DNA of 64,000 nucleotides from Heterodontus francisci (lineage: Eukaryota), in the NCBI RefSeq assembly GCF_036365525.1, contig NC_090380.1, positions 50,501,331-50,565,330 of the forward strand. The letters run 5' to 3'. The notes under the pieces were generated by a model, which had not been told where the DNA came from, made no database searches, and saw nothing but the letters and a program-made list of their open reading frames with translations. Position 1 is the first letter of the stretch, and each line of letters opens with the position of its first letter. Shown one piece after another: positions 11,436-24,975 of the stretch. A program made the translations under genes and the position numbers.

Positions 11436-13984
11436 ATTTTTGTAGATTTTCAGAACAAAAATTCTAAAATTAACATTGTGAGTGAGCACTTAAGGGTTTA
11501 TGATCCTTCAACAGTCAACCTCAACTTGTATATTGACTTTACTGTAATAGATTTTTTTTTACCTGTTATACATACTGTTTGTGGTAAACTGCTTGGTTCA
11601 CAAAGCTCAGTTGTGGAATGAAATGCTCAGCCCTTAATAAACTGCCACTTAGGCTGCACTGCTGAACAATAAGAGCACATAAATGGAAATAAAAATTGCT
11701 TGGTTTTATCTCTGTGGAAAGACTTTGTCAGGTACAATTATTTCAAGAAATTCTTTGCATTCATTTGTTCCCTAAGAGTCAAAAGTTCATTGTTCAGATT
11801 AATTTTAATGCAGCACTTCATTAGCACTTTCATGTTTGAAGTGAGATTTCCTATCTGTAGGTAGTATTATGTGCATTATAGACATCACACTCTTTTAAAA
11901 CTAGGATTGTAAGTGAAACCTTTACAATGATGTTGATTGGTGCTCAAATTGCTGCAAATGTCTACATCTGTGAATGAATCCTGGGTTGAACTGAATAGAG
12001 CATAGACACTGCACAGACAGGAGGAAAACATTGCTGTAAATTTACATGCAAGCTCAGAATTATTTACGGTTAAGCTGCACAATTGATTCTGCTTCAGATT
12101 TTGTTGTATTTTAAACTATAAAGTAAAGCACTAAAACGAAAGGCTGGTAAGAGTTTTCTGAAAGAAGTATTATTCTGTGGTCCTGGATTCTTACTGCTCT
12201 CTTGGGTCACGATGATCTTTTAGTTCTAATTTTCCAGTTACCAGTGTTTAGAAATTGACCCATAAAAGCAATCCCTATAGCAATGATTTGACCAAACTAC
12301 TCATTTCTTCTAAGTAACAATTAGTCCAATGTTGACAGTATATGCCAGATCATAAGGTGCTCTGGTCATGATCATTAAACTCTGATTAACACCTTTTTAT
12401 TCAATTATTTTGTACAAGGGCTGCTTGTTAAGTTTCCTGATGGCTCTGTAAATCTGTTTACACAAGCCTTGAAACAGCAATTTGCTCAAAGAACTGAACC
12501 CAATAGTGGTTGTGTCTCTTAACTAGTTTGTTTAAAGTTCGAGTCCCTAGAAGAAGGGAGGTTATTAGCATTCCTAGCCAAAGCTAACATCCAGAAGTGA
12601 TTTATTTATCTCAAAAGGAGGTATAAATTTACAGAATTTAAATCGTTCAACTCTTGATCTCCCACTTCCTGGTGTCTACCAGCCTCAGAGTGGAATTGTC
12701 AGAGATTTCGGAGAAGTTGTAATGCAAAATGAGTGATAACGAATCGGCAGCATATGTTACACTTTTCCAGATTTTCTTTTCCATTAACTTCAATAGAAAA
12801 ATAAAAAATTGGGCAGAATGTGAAACAAGCTGGTTAGCATTACTGACCGAGACGAATTTCACCCCCTTTTGTTTTTGGTGCACAGAATCAGCATTGAACA
12901 GAACAACGCTTAAATATTTTTCAAATTATGAAAAAAAGCAAATGATGTTTTTCTCAAATGTGACTCAGTTCTCTGAATGCCCTGATAACATAACTCATTG
13001 TCTGAAGTTCATCCTTTTATGCCAACCCACGACAAACAGATTACTCTATTTTTCATCTTCATTATTTCCTGCTTTTCACCCTATTCTAAATATGTTGAAA
13101 TTCTTGGTCATTTAGTGCTGTACCTGTGATGGCCAAACACAAGAATATCTGAAACAAAGTAAATACCAGCATTAGTTGAAAAGCCAGTTTTCCAGCCACT
13201 CTGGTGCCAATGATATTTACTGCTTGGCTCCAAAAGAGGATGTATTTTCCAATCAGCAGCATATCTTTCCAATGCACAATGCAGAACTAAGAATTTGATT
13301 GATTGTTCCATGGTACACAGAATTGGCTATTGTCCTATCAATCACAAAGAAAGCTCCACTGCCAGTTCAACTTGTCCAGAAAGGGAGATGCGCCAGGCAG
13401 ACTGCTCTATGATGTTCAACTCCTCACTGAGAAGCTTGGCTCAAGGGATAGGATTTCAGTAACTTACAGATAACTCGAAAATCTTTTTTTACTGTTATTG
13501 CCAACATCAAGTTCATCTAAAGCCAAAATGCAGGCTTTTGTTTATCACAAATCTAAGCTGTGATAGCCTAAACTCTGATAGAATCAGAATTTTCTTAAAA
13601 GCTAAAATTTGATCCAAAGCTGGGTAAAGGTAATAATGTGGAAAAACATATTCGTAAACTCATTCTTGCATACAGTTCATGATATATTAAATGTTGTTCA
13701 CTTTAATTTGCAATACCTTAAACTCTTAAAAATATAAACCACATTTGTATATTTAGAGTTACCAAAGTCCTGGATTGTCCAGGAGTCTCTGGGAGTGGAA
13801 GATAAATCTCCCAGACAATGTTGCTAGCAACGCAGGGAAAAAAAGCAGTTTTCACATTTTTTATTCTCACCTCCGGTTTGCACCTGAATATTTTCTTCAC
13901 CAGCTCGAGAGCGGCCTTCCAGTTCTTGAAAATTCTCACATATATTCTCTTATATACAGGGGATCCATAATTTAGAAGATACAC

Positions 13985-14245
13985 AGTGACAGGAGGAGGT
14001 CATTCAGCCCCTTGAGCCTGTTCCACCCTTCAATCAGATCATGGCTGATCTGCACCTCAACTCCATGTACCTGCCTTTGTAACATGTACCTTTGTAACCT
14101 TGCCGAACAAAAACCTTTAAATCCAAGTCTTGAATTGTCCCGGAATTCCAGATTCTACAACTTTTTATATTAAATAAAAGTGCTTCCTGATTTCACTCCT
14201 GAATGTACTAGCTCTCATTTAAGATCATGTCCCTCTTTCTTGATA
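13985..14245 (-). mobile_element. CR1 3' UTR fragment
   Basis: CATTCAGCCCCTTGAGCCTGTTCCACC...GATCATGGCTGATCTGCACCTCAACTCCA matches 7860-7926. Confidence 0.75.
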
Positions 14246-15768
14246 CCCCTACCCCTAGCTGGGAAGGAGCTCAAGGTCAAAACATTAGGGCATGTTGCTA
14301 CTTTCACTGTCACAGGTAATGAATGCAGTGCTAGCTCCAGCAGTGGGTTGCAGGTTTTACTGTAAGAAGCTGCACAGGTCTGTGACAGCCTTCCTGGAAA
14401 AATGCAGCATCCTTACACTGTGCTTCTCAGAATACAAGAAATGGGTGAGTTTGGGTCTATATACGCTATAGACAGGATCAAAATGTCTGCAGTCTGCCCT
14501 CCTCCTCTGTGGATTCTATGTAGCTTTGATTGTAGCTTCATGAGGTCCTTCTCTTTCTTGTCACTACTGCTCCTCCTTGTCCTCTTCCTGCAGCTAGAGT
14601 GGAGTGGCCAAGATGGTTCTCAACTTCTGCCATAGCCAGTACCTCCCTGTGCTTCCTGAAGGTGCCATAACAAATTCAAACAATGTACTGCAATTTTCCA
14701 GCAAAAAAACAAAGCTTAATGCAATGAAAACTGTCTCCAAAAGGATTCCATTCTTCTGTCTAATTTTGGTGAGTGCTCCTTTAATGAAGCTGGAGATGGC
14801 CATTCCATGCCTGCAGCACCCATAACTAGTGGGCAGACCCAGCGATCAGTAGATGCTGTACTGTCCTGCACCAAAATGCATTCTGATCTAAACAATATCA
14901 CATGACCTTGATTTGTACTGAAGAATGAGGCTACTACCTGTTTCTGGCAGCAGTGCTGGCCATCTTAAGTCATGCTTGCCCAAAAAATGACAGCAGAAGG
15001 ATGTTTTGTAATTTTGGTTTTGCTGCTGTCAAATTCCTGTCAAAAACGGTCCAGTGGAAACACAAAATTAAGGCCAATGTCCTGTTGTATTACAAAATAT
15101 TAAAGATTATCTTAATTCTGGGAATGACTTTTAATCTTGTTCAATTAGATTCCTGTAGGCTCTTACACTCACTAACCAGGCATTGCACTGACACCTGATC
15201 AAAAGCAAAGGGTGAAGGATAAACACAATTCAAGGTCAAAAGCAACCTTGTATGGTTGACAAGCCTTATCTTGATAAACCACTCAAAATTCTTCTCATAT
15301 AGCTTCTAATCCAGCAAGTTCTGCTTCATTCTGATAAGATCTTAACTCTCATGGCTAGGTATTGATCTCCAACAGTAATTTCAGAGATGGCACATCCGTA
15401 ATTCTGTACAGAGGTATTGTGCTGAAAAGTCATTTTGTGAACAAATGTAAAGTTGAAATGCTTTCAATTTTGCTTTAAAAAAGCTCCTTTTTAAGGACCT
15501 GACTGCTAAAGATAATGACTGACTAAATCTTCAAAGAAAAGAATTTCCTTTTACATTTTGATTCTAAATATCTTTTGAACTGGAAATATACTTCAATCTC
15601 TCCGAGCTGTTGTCCTAATTATCATTAACTACTCTAGGTGGAAACATTCCTGTAAATTTGATCTCATGATATTCTGATCACATGATGTCTACAAATGTTA
15701 CTGTATTTACCTTATGAAAGTTGGATTCTTGCATTTGAGTAATGTTTTTGTTGGTCTTGTGGTTTTTT

Positions 15769-16702
15769 GGGGGGGGAGGAATGGGGGGGAGGAAAGGGGG
15801 GGAGGGAAGGGGAGGAGGAGGGAAGGGGAGGAGGAGGAAAGGGGAGGAGGAAAGGGGGGGAGGACTGGGGGGGAGGACTGGGGGGGAGGACTGGGGGGAG
15901 GAATGGGGGGAGGAAAGGAGGGGAAGAAAGGGGGGGAGGAAAGGGTGGAGGGAAGGGGGGGAGGAAAGGGGGGGAGGAAAGGGGGGGAGGAAAGGGGGGG
16001 CAAGAAGAGGGGGGAGGAAAGGGGGGGCAAGAAGAGGGGGGAAGAAAGGGGGAAGAAGAGGGGAGAAGAAAGGGGGAAGAGAGGAAAGAAAGGGGGAAGA
16101 GAGGAAAGAAAGGGGGAAGGAGGGGGAAGAAAGGGGGAAGGAGGGGGAAGAAAGGGGGGAGGAGGGGGAAGAAAGGGGGGGAGGGGGAAGAAAGGGGAGG
16201 GAGGGGGAAGAGAGGGGGGAGGGAGGGGGAAGAGAGGGGGGAGGGGGAAGAGAGGGGGGAGGGAGGGGAAAGAGAGGGGGGAGGGAGGGGAAAGAGAGGG
16301 GGGAGGGAGGGGAAAGAGAGGAGGGAGGGAGTGGGAAGAAAGGGGGGATGAGAGGGAGAAGAAAGGGGGAATGAAAAGGGGTCAAAGGGGGGAGGAGAGG
16401 GTGAGGGAGGGGGAAGGTGGAGAGGGGAGGGGGAAGGGAGGGTGAGGAAGGGGGAGGAAGGGGGAGGGGAGTGTGAGGAAGGGGGAGGGGAGTGTGAGGA
16501 AGGCGGAGGGGTGAGGAAGGGTGGAGGAGGGGGAGAAGGGGGGAAGAAAGGGGGGAGGAGGGAGGAAGAAAGGGAGGAGGAGGGGGGAAGAAAGGGGGGA
16601 GGAGGGGGGAAGAAAGGGGGGTGGAGGGGGGAAGAAAGCGGGGAGGAGGGGGGAAGAATGGGGGGAGGAGGGGGGAAGAAAGGGGGTGGAGGGGGGAAGA
16701 AA
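15769..16702 (+). repeat. ~930-bp polypurine (G/A) low-complexity tandem tract
   Basis: Almost only G and A; sub-arrays such as GGGGGGAGGACT, GGGGGGAGGAAA and GGGGGAAGAGAGGGGGGAG. Confidence 0.97.
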
Positions 16703-19270
16703 TGGGCTGAAACGACTAGAAGCAGACGGTATCATTGAGCAAATCGACTCATTGTCATGGATATCAAATCTAGTCACTGTACGATGAAAAAATGGTGAAC
16801 TTTAACCATGCATTGACCTAAAGGCTATCATACCAGAAAAGTATCCATTTCCTACAATTCAAGAATTGTCAGCATCATTTCATGACTCCACAATCTTCAC
16901 AAAGCTTGATATGTGACAGAATTATCTTCAGATACCTCCAGCAGAACAAAGCTGATATCTTACAGCTTTTGTTACCCAAGATGGTGTGTTTCAGTACCGC
17001 AGAATGCCATATGGATTAGGTTCAGCTCCTAGCGCATTCTAGAAGATAGTTTTTTCAGTCTTGTCAGATGTTGAAGGAATGCTCAACCTACTTGACGATG
17101 TCATTGTCCACGGAAGGGACAAAGCTGAATATGATCAACGCTTATGAGCAGTCCTCACTCGACTTGCAAAACACAATGTGACGCTAAACAAGGATAAATG
17201 CACACTTGCGGCACTGGAGATTGAATTTCTAGGTAACAGAGTAACAGCAACCGGAGTAAAGCCTACACACGCCAATGTTAAAGCCCTTCATGCACTTCCA
17301 ACACTGTTTAACGTGAAAGAGTTGGCATCGTTTCTAGGTACTACCAACTTTTATTATAAATTCGTTCCTAAGTACGCAGAAATCGCGGAGCCTCTTCAGA
17401 AGCTACTGTGTAAAGATGCTCAATGGGAATGGACTGTCACACATCAATCAGCATTTGAAATGTTAAAGGCGAGGATAGCATCTCCACTCGTCCTCACGCA
17501 TTTCAGCCCACAAGCGGAAACATATGTCAAATAGATGCATTGGGAACTGCAATTGGCACTTAACTCTCACAGTCCATTCACGGATGCAAACAACCAATAG
17601 CTTATGCATAATGCCCGTTGTTGGAAACTGAACATGAATATTCTACTAGCGAGCGGGAAGCACTAGCCTGCATCTATGCATGTGAACACTGGCACATGTA
17701 TCTTTTTGGTAGAAAGTTTACTCTCCGCACTGATCACCAAGCGTTGACTACATTATTAGCTACATCAGGATCAGGTCATCGACCTCTACAGATGGTCAGA
17801 TTGTCTACATCAGTATAACTTCAAGGTCAAGTGCCTTGCAGGTTCACGTAACCGAGTAGCTGATATGCTTAGCTGTAATACTGTCGCGGACAGCGTTATT
17901 GATAGCAAAGCAACTTGTGACGTTCAAGACTACGTGATCGCTGTGATTTTGTGTGTGACTGCAAATCTTTTTACGTGAGAGGAGTTGGAGGCCAAGTCAG
18001 CAGCAGGCAACGTATTGCAGCAAGTAAGTCAGTACCTCAAAACTGAGTGGCCTTGTGATATAGGGGAAGAACTGATCTCATTTTACAGAGTACGCAATGA
18101 ACTCACATTGGTGACGACTGTACTGCACGCGGAACTTGAGCAGCTATCCAAAGGCACTACAGCAATGTGTATTGCATCTTGCCCATGACGGACATCTGGA
18201 TGTTGTCAAGATGAAACAATGATACGATGAAGCAGTCTGGTGGCCAGGAATAGATCGCTATATAGAAGAGTTCATTAGAACTGCGTAGCTTGTACTCTCA
18301 GTGGAAAACCTGTTAAACCATGTCCCGCATCTCTGCAACCGACCCCTTGGCCAACAAAACCATGACAACAATTCCAAGTTGATATTTTTGGACAAGCGCA
18401 GGCAACCCCTAGGAATCAACGCTTTTTTGCCTCTTGTTCATGATCTACATAGCAAATAGCCAGAAACCGCTACAACAAATTCCATAACCACCACTTCAAT
18501 CATTGACCTTCTGGACAAGTTATTTACAAAATGGGGTTTGCTGGAGACTATCACTTCAGACAAAGCAGTTTGTTTCAAGTCAGTTCATGGAGTTCCTAGC
18601 AAGTTATGGAACTAATCACGCTGCAACCTGCAATCGAATGGTGGCGTTGAACGATTCAACAGGCTGATAAAGGAAAGTCTGAGAGATAGTATATTGGAGG
18701 GGAAAACATTTGATCAATCCATTCACATCCTACTCTGTACATTTCGATCGACCCCAGTCTCTCTGATCGGAAAGATACCAGCTGAACTTAGGATAGGTCG
18801 TAACTTTCGCATGCCACTGACCATTCTTAAGCCATCACTACCAGTTAACGAGAATGTCACAGCGAAAGCAGATGAAATCGCAAAGCGATAAGGTAAAGCA
18901 AAAGCATACTTTGACAAATATATCAGAGTAAGGTAACCACAATTAAAGTCGGAGATTAGGTTTGAATCAAATGGCCAAATCGTGACCACAAACTTGCTGC
19001 ATCAATATCAAATTCAAAGCAGATTAAACATTTGCTTGGTACCAAGGCTTATCTGTTGGATGACAACACCAAGTGGAATACAAGATGTTTGATAGGGAGC
19101 AAACTCATATATTTTGAGGATTGTGGTTATGAAGATACATTTCCTTTTCCTATGAGTGATGTTAATAATCTGTCTCATCAAGGTGATCAAATAGATTCAC
19201 AACTTCAAATTTGTAAATCTAATCCCTGACCTGAGAGACCTTCCTATCTCAAAGACTATTTCTGTACTTA
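16703..19270 (+). mobile_element. Ty3/Gypsy pol pseudogene (RT, RNase H, integrase), 5'-truncated
   Basis: GVFQYRRMPYGLGSAPSAF and NLLDDVIVHG (RT); EYSTSEREALACIYACEHWHMYLFGRKFTLRTDHQAL (RNase H); HDGHL...AVWWPGID and SNGGVERFNRLIK (integrase); many stops and frameshifts. Confidence 0.95.
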
Positions 19271-19376
19271 GAGAAAATAGACAAGTCAAACACTAAGAGA
19301 TAACTTGACATATATATGTTTGATGTTTAGAATACTTTAATTCAAAAATAATGTCTTTAGTCAAAAGGGGGGAAAA

Positions 19377-19627
19377 TGTAGTGTTTGATCTGGGTTTGAT
19401 TGTACTGGTCTGTCAATTGATCAATATTCACTGTGCTTGATTGCTTAACTCTATGGGTGGAGCTGAAGAGTTGAAATTGAAACTAAAAAGTTCTGAGCTA
19501 TAATGTTCTACTAAACAGACTGTTCTGGAGAAGATATTGTACTGAGATCAAGTTAGAGCTGAGATAGTATAAAATGCTGTAAATAAACCAGTTGTTGACT
19601 TAATACAAGTATGATATCTGCATTACT
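19377..19627 (+). mobile_element. Probable 3' LTR of the Gypsy element
   Basis: Polypurine tract AAAAGGGGGGAAAA (19363-19376) directly before TGTAGTG; AATAAA near 19582; inverted-terminus-like CATTACT at 19621-19627. Right end uncertain. Confidence 0.6.
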
Positions 19628-22600
19628 CTGAGATAAATCAGATATACAGAATATATCCAGCAACCCGGTGTAAACATAACGCCATTCGCCCATGAATGGC
19701 AGCAATCCTTCACTATTTCCCAAAGTAAGGTCTGTGGGTTTCACTCATCCATTTTCCTGGCTGCTCTTTTCTGTGTTGCTCCCACTCACCACCCTTTTGC
19801 TGCTGCTACTGGCTCTCTGGGAAATGTTAGTCCCTAAGTCCACTCCCAACCCATTCTACCACTCACTTGTTTAAGCCCCAATCTTCTGACGACAATCCCC
19901 TTCTGTTCACAACTTCCTATCCCTTAATTCCCCAGCTTGACCCCTGAGCCTCCATTCCCCTTCTCTCCTCCCGAACCCCCATTCCCTAGTTTTCGCTTGA
20001 TCCCCAGTCTCCTTCTCTTCCACCCCACTCTCAAGCCCCCAGATTTTGAAACTCTCCCCAACTCCAAGCCCCCAGATTTCACCCCCCCCCCCCCCCCAAT
20101 CAATTTCAGAGCTTGCTTGGGTTCAGACACTCCCGAATGTCATCACCCATGATTGCTGACTCTCCGGCCCTTGCTGACTGCGTTGCACAAAGTCTCAGCT
20201 CTCTGCAGCAGTAGTCAGGTGACTTCACTAAGTCTGAGGCTTTAACAGCAGCTGGTGACATCACAGAGCGGGTGTGGAAATTTGAGCAGATGATCTCCCG
20301 TGTTGCTGGAGGGACAGCTTTGGAGAGGTACTCCAATTCTGGGAAACTCCCGGGCATTTTGAGAGAGTTGGGAATCCTAAACATGACATGCAATACCATT
20401 CACATTGCAGAGGATTTGCTCATTGATCAATATACTTTGGGAAATTCGTATATCTAAACATCTTAATTTGCTGTTCAGAATGTATGCCTTGTTTTGTATA
20501 ATTAATAATGCCATTTCTGTTATATAAAAGAGACCAATAAAAAGGAGTGAGCACAAGCCCAAAAGAAAGAAAATATTGATAGTAACCTAAAGAAGCTGGA
20601 TAATGAATACATGTTACTTTATTTTATACATGCTGATTGAAAGTACCCAAAATCAATTGTTAGTATTTTCTTTTGGTCCAGTCACTTGATTTCAGTCTCA
20701 ATAATTTGACTTAACAACAAAGGGGTTTAATTTCTTATCTGAGCTATTTCTAGCCCAATTGCTGCATTAAAACAGTACAGACAGGAACTGTAGCCAAACC
20801 AATTAGGTAAACAAATCTGTTAAAATGGAACAGATAGAAGTTAATGCTATTGCATGAACCAGTATGCCAAGGATATCACACATAGGAACTTAAACCTCAA
20901 CTGTTTTTCAAAAGATATCAGCTATGGTTAGGGGAAAACACTAATAGGAAAATCTTGGTGTCATTCACCAGGATCTCAATCATTGCTGAAATATGACAAC
21001 TGATTTCAATGTTTGTGCAGTGTGAATGGCTATGAAGAGGGACCTAACAATACAAATCATAAGCATTCCCTATGAAATACACTGCCCATCAGTGCAAATA
21101 TTTCATGCTAAACTAGGCAGTCGATATAGCATCAGTCACCATGATGCTTACTCCATCAAAGTATATTGTATTTTGTAGAAATTGGGATCTACACAAATTC
21201 TGGAATGCACGGATAATTCACTATACAAACATACATTTCTGCCACTTCACTACTGAGGGGAAATATCAGCCGGATTGATAGGATCTTGCGACATTATAAA
21301 CTATAAACGATCCATGATGAAAAACAAAGAGTATAAAGATTTCACTATACAGCAGTTTCTCAAATGAACTCAGAATTGTCATGGCTTTCAAATGAATTAC
21401 TTTGAAATACAGTGAAAATTGTTCTGTCTTCCCTTTATTTATTAAATTGGTCACTTCTTCAAAAAAACTTTATTAAATTTGTCATACACAACTTTCCTTT
21501 TCTTTATTTGTTCCTAGGATGTGGGCGCTGCTGGCAAGGCCAGCATTTATTGCCCATCCCTATTTGCTGACTGTCCTTGATTAACCCATACATTTCTAAA
21601 TTCTTACTAATTTTATCTTTAATTATGGATTCTAAGAGTTTTCCTACAACTGATGTTAAATAATCTGTTCTAAAGTCAGTTTATCCTTCTCTGTCACTTC
21701 TTTGAACAAGGGTGTCACATTGGTTACTCTCAAATTCCTGGCACAATTTGCATATATAAAGCTGGAAAACTGTGACTGAGAGCCTCTGCTATCTGTCACT
21801 GACTTCTGTCAGCCTAGGGTGAATGTTATCAGGGCCTTATCCACCTTATGTTCTGCTCATTTTTACAGAGCTAATTCCTTATCTACAATTAGCTCTATTA
21901 ACAGGATTATATTTTTTATCCCCCTCAACTATTCCATCTATATTTTAACTTCTGGAAGAAGCATTAAAAATAGAGTATACTATATATTATATAATTTAAC
22001 TGCTGGAAGCCAGAATGAATACTGGATTGCTAAAGGCATTCATATTCATTAAGATTGTAGAACAAATCAGTGTGACAGGTTCAACTAGTGTTTGTCTTGA
22101 TTAACAGATGCATTGCTGCAAATGCCTACACAAAGGACATTTCTTAGCACAAAAGAGCAACTTTAAGGCCTTGTTGTCCATCAGGAAGGCTGTCTTCTTT
22201 TGATTTCTGACCCAATTTCTAAGTAGCTACAGAATTGATTCCAGTCTGGCAGTATGTGATTTATACTACCTGGCTTCGAATTGCGCTTTCTGGACCAGGG
22301 CAGAATTCTGCACAAAGCTCTGTGCATGCATGCTTATACACATTCAGAGCCCTGTTCCTCCATCCTACATTTTAAATGTAATCAAAACACAGATGGAAAC
22401 ATTTACACAGTCAAAACAATCCAAAAACAAAACTGACTCAAGTTTGTAAAGTATCCAGGAGGTTCAAAGGATTCCCTGAGTGATTCTTTAATCATAATCC
22501 TAAATTTCATGGATAACACGTTTCTCTCATTTCGACATGCACCTGAAAGGCAGCATCTCCATTACTATATCCATGAACAAAGAAAATTGTGTATTTTCAA

Positions 22601-22717
22601 CATGACGTGAATTTGAGCAGAATCCAACACTCGATTCAAAATGCCACTGAATGGGAATTTACTGGACCACTGCACCATAGTAATGGCAAAATAACAGCTA
22701 ACACTATTACTGTCACC

Positions 22718-22795
22718 AATAATGTGCCAGAAAATTATGGTGTTAATGAATAGTGTCACTGTTATAGCAACACCATAATTTTCTGGGATATTATT
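22718..22795. repeat. Inverted repeat / ~78-nt hairpin
   Basis: Perfect 18-bp arms CCAGAAAATTATGGTGTT (22727-22744) and AACACCATAATTTTCTGG (22769-22786), extendable with mismatches. Confidence 0.85.
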
Positions 22796-23929
22796 ACTCC
22801 ACCAGAACCATTGCTGAAACCTTGATCAATTTTGCCAATTTAAGACTGATTTTATCACCTCTGGAGTAAAAGCCATTTCAAAAAAGTGTCTGCTATTGTG
22901 CCGGTTCAGACATCCAGATCATTAATCAGATGAAGGAACAACTTATAAAGTAGATTTTTGTATTATGAAGTTTGGTTACTGGCACAAAACAGACTTCCAA
23001 ATAACAATTTCAAATCGACAACTGATGAAATAAAACACCTAATGCATCCAACAATGCCAGAGTAATACTGTGTGGCTCCTTCAATTACATTTTAGAGTAC
23101 ACAAAAACTGAAAATATAACAATTATACAGTCCCCAGAGACTCTTTTTAAGGGCGATTAATTACTTTAATCAGCTGATGGCCACCAAACCATTACACGCA
23201 GTGGGCATCGCAGTGACAGGAGTTTCCTGGAAAATTTTGGCTTAGGATCGACACTAGAAAGTTTGAGTGAACAATGGTCTTACTTATGGCGATCGCCAGC
23301 AATAATGTGGCTGCAGCAAAATCCTCACCATTGTTAACGATCAATATTATAAATTCATCAGAATTACCTTCTGAGGTCAACAGCCCTATCATATGTACAA
23401 AAAGGCAAAATGCTGCAGATGCTGGCAATTGGTATGCCAGACAACAACAGCACCACCCTTTGTCAGGAGATTTGATTACAATGTTGGGGTTGAACCTAAC
23501 AGAACAGAGTACTGCAAGTTCAGAGGGAGGGAGAACTCCATTCCACTATTCCCGTTTCTGTCTCCATCGCATCAGTTTGGATGATGTAACCTTCCTGATT
23601 AGCCTCAATTGCGATGGTACTGATGGTCCAAGGAACTTTGAAGCAATGCTACCACTCAGAAGCGGGCTAGTTTCAAATCAGTTTCATTTGGAGGCAGTGG
23701 TGCTATCACCAGATCCAATTCTGATAGCAATTTATAAAATGGAAGAAAACAGCAGACTTTAAATTTAACAAAAATCAATGTGTCTTGGTATATTCTTGGG
23801 AAGTATCTTTGCAATTATCTCCAGGATGTTGTTGATAATTCACAAATCCTCAATAAACATGGTCTAATCACAAGTGATGTTGACAAGGCCCACTACTGTG
23901 TGTCCATTCTATTTCACACACTTCTGCTC

Positions 23930-24975
23930 TCACCCCCTTCCCCTCACTCCCACAACCACAATAGGGTTCTCCTGCCTCTACCTTCCACCCTGCCAGCCTC
24001 TGTATTCAACGGATCATTCTCCACCATTTCTGCCACGTCCAGCATGATGCCATCACCAAACATCTTCCCCTCTCCTCCTCTTTCAGCATTCCAAAGGGAC
24101 AATTCCCTCTGTGATACCCTGGTCCACTCCTCAGTTACCCCCAACACTTCTTCCCATTCCTACAGCATCTTTCCATGCAGGCGCAGGAGATGCAACACCT
24201 CCCTTTTACTTCCTCCCTTCTCACCATTCAAGGCTCCAAACAATCCTTCCAGGTGAAACTTGTACTTCTTTCTATTTAATATACTGTATTCACTGCTCAC
24301 GATGTGGTCTCTGTGGAAAATGGGGATGTGGGAAGATAAAGCACAGACTGGGTGACAACTTTGTAAAACATCTCGTTGAGTCCACTAGCATGACCCTGAG
24401 CTTCCAGTCGCCTGTCATTTTAACTCTCCACCTTGTTCCCACTCTGGCCTTGGCCTGCTAACAGTGTTCCAATGAAGCTCAAGGCTAGCTCGAGAAACAG
24501 CATTTCATCTTATGACTGGGCACTTTAGAGCCTTCTGAACTCAACATTAAGTTCAACAATTTTAGATCATAACCTCGGCCTCCATTTTGTTTCATGTTTC
24601 TTTGCTGTTTTTGTTCCTCTCATTTCTCTCTTATTTCCTTTACTTTGAAAGTGGATGGCAGCTATTCAGGATCCTTCCCATCACACCATTTTTAGACATT
24701 TGTTTCCTTTACTTGTCCCATTACCATTCCCTTTGGCCTTGCAACATGAAACCTTCTGTCATTTCATCCCTCCTGTCTTCTACCCTATCACAGATTTTCC
24801 TTTTTGTTATTCTACCCACCCTCACCCTTTCACTTGCTCAAAACCCATTACATTTCTAACTTTTCCCAGTTCTGACAAAGGGTCACAGAACTTAAATGTT
24901 AACTTTGTTTCTTTCTCCACAGATGCTGCCAGACTTGCTGAGTATTTCCAGCATTTACGCTTTTTATTCCATCAG
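23930..24975 (+). mobile_element. Penelope-like retroelement 3' part (GIY-YIG endonuclease remnant and terminal repeat)
   Basis: FPSPPLSAFQRDNSLCDTLVHS, FPCRRRRCNT, TCTSFYLIYCIHCSRCGL, KHRLGDNFVKHL; disrupted frames. Confidence 0.85.

Noticed and set aside
15678-16787. Long Pro-rich and Gly/Arg/Glu-rich ORFs (up to 243 aa)
   Set aside because: Artefacts of a G/A tract that cannot form stop codons; open in multiple frames on both strands.
19860-20380. C-rich region as promoter or CpG island
   Set aside because: Few CpGs; looks like low-complexity interior of a decayed repeat whose family and ends I cannot define.
23274-23762. 162-aa ORF
   Set aside because: No recognisable motif; includes a short Penelope-end-like piece (AAAATGCTGCAGATGCTGG).
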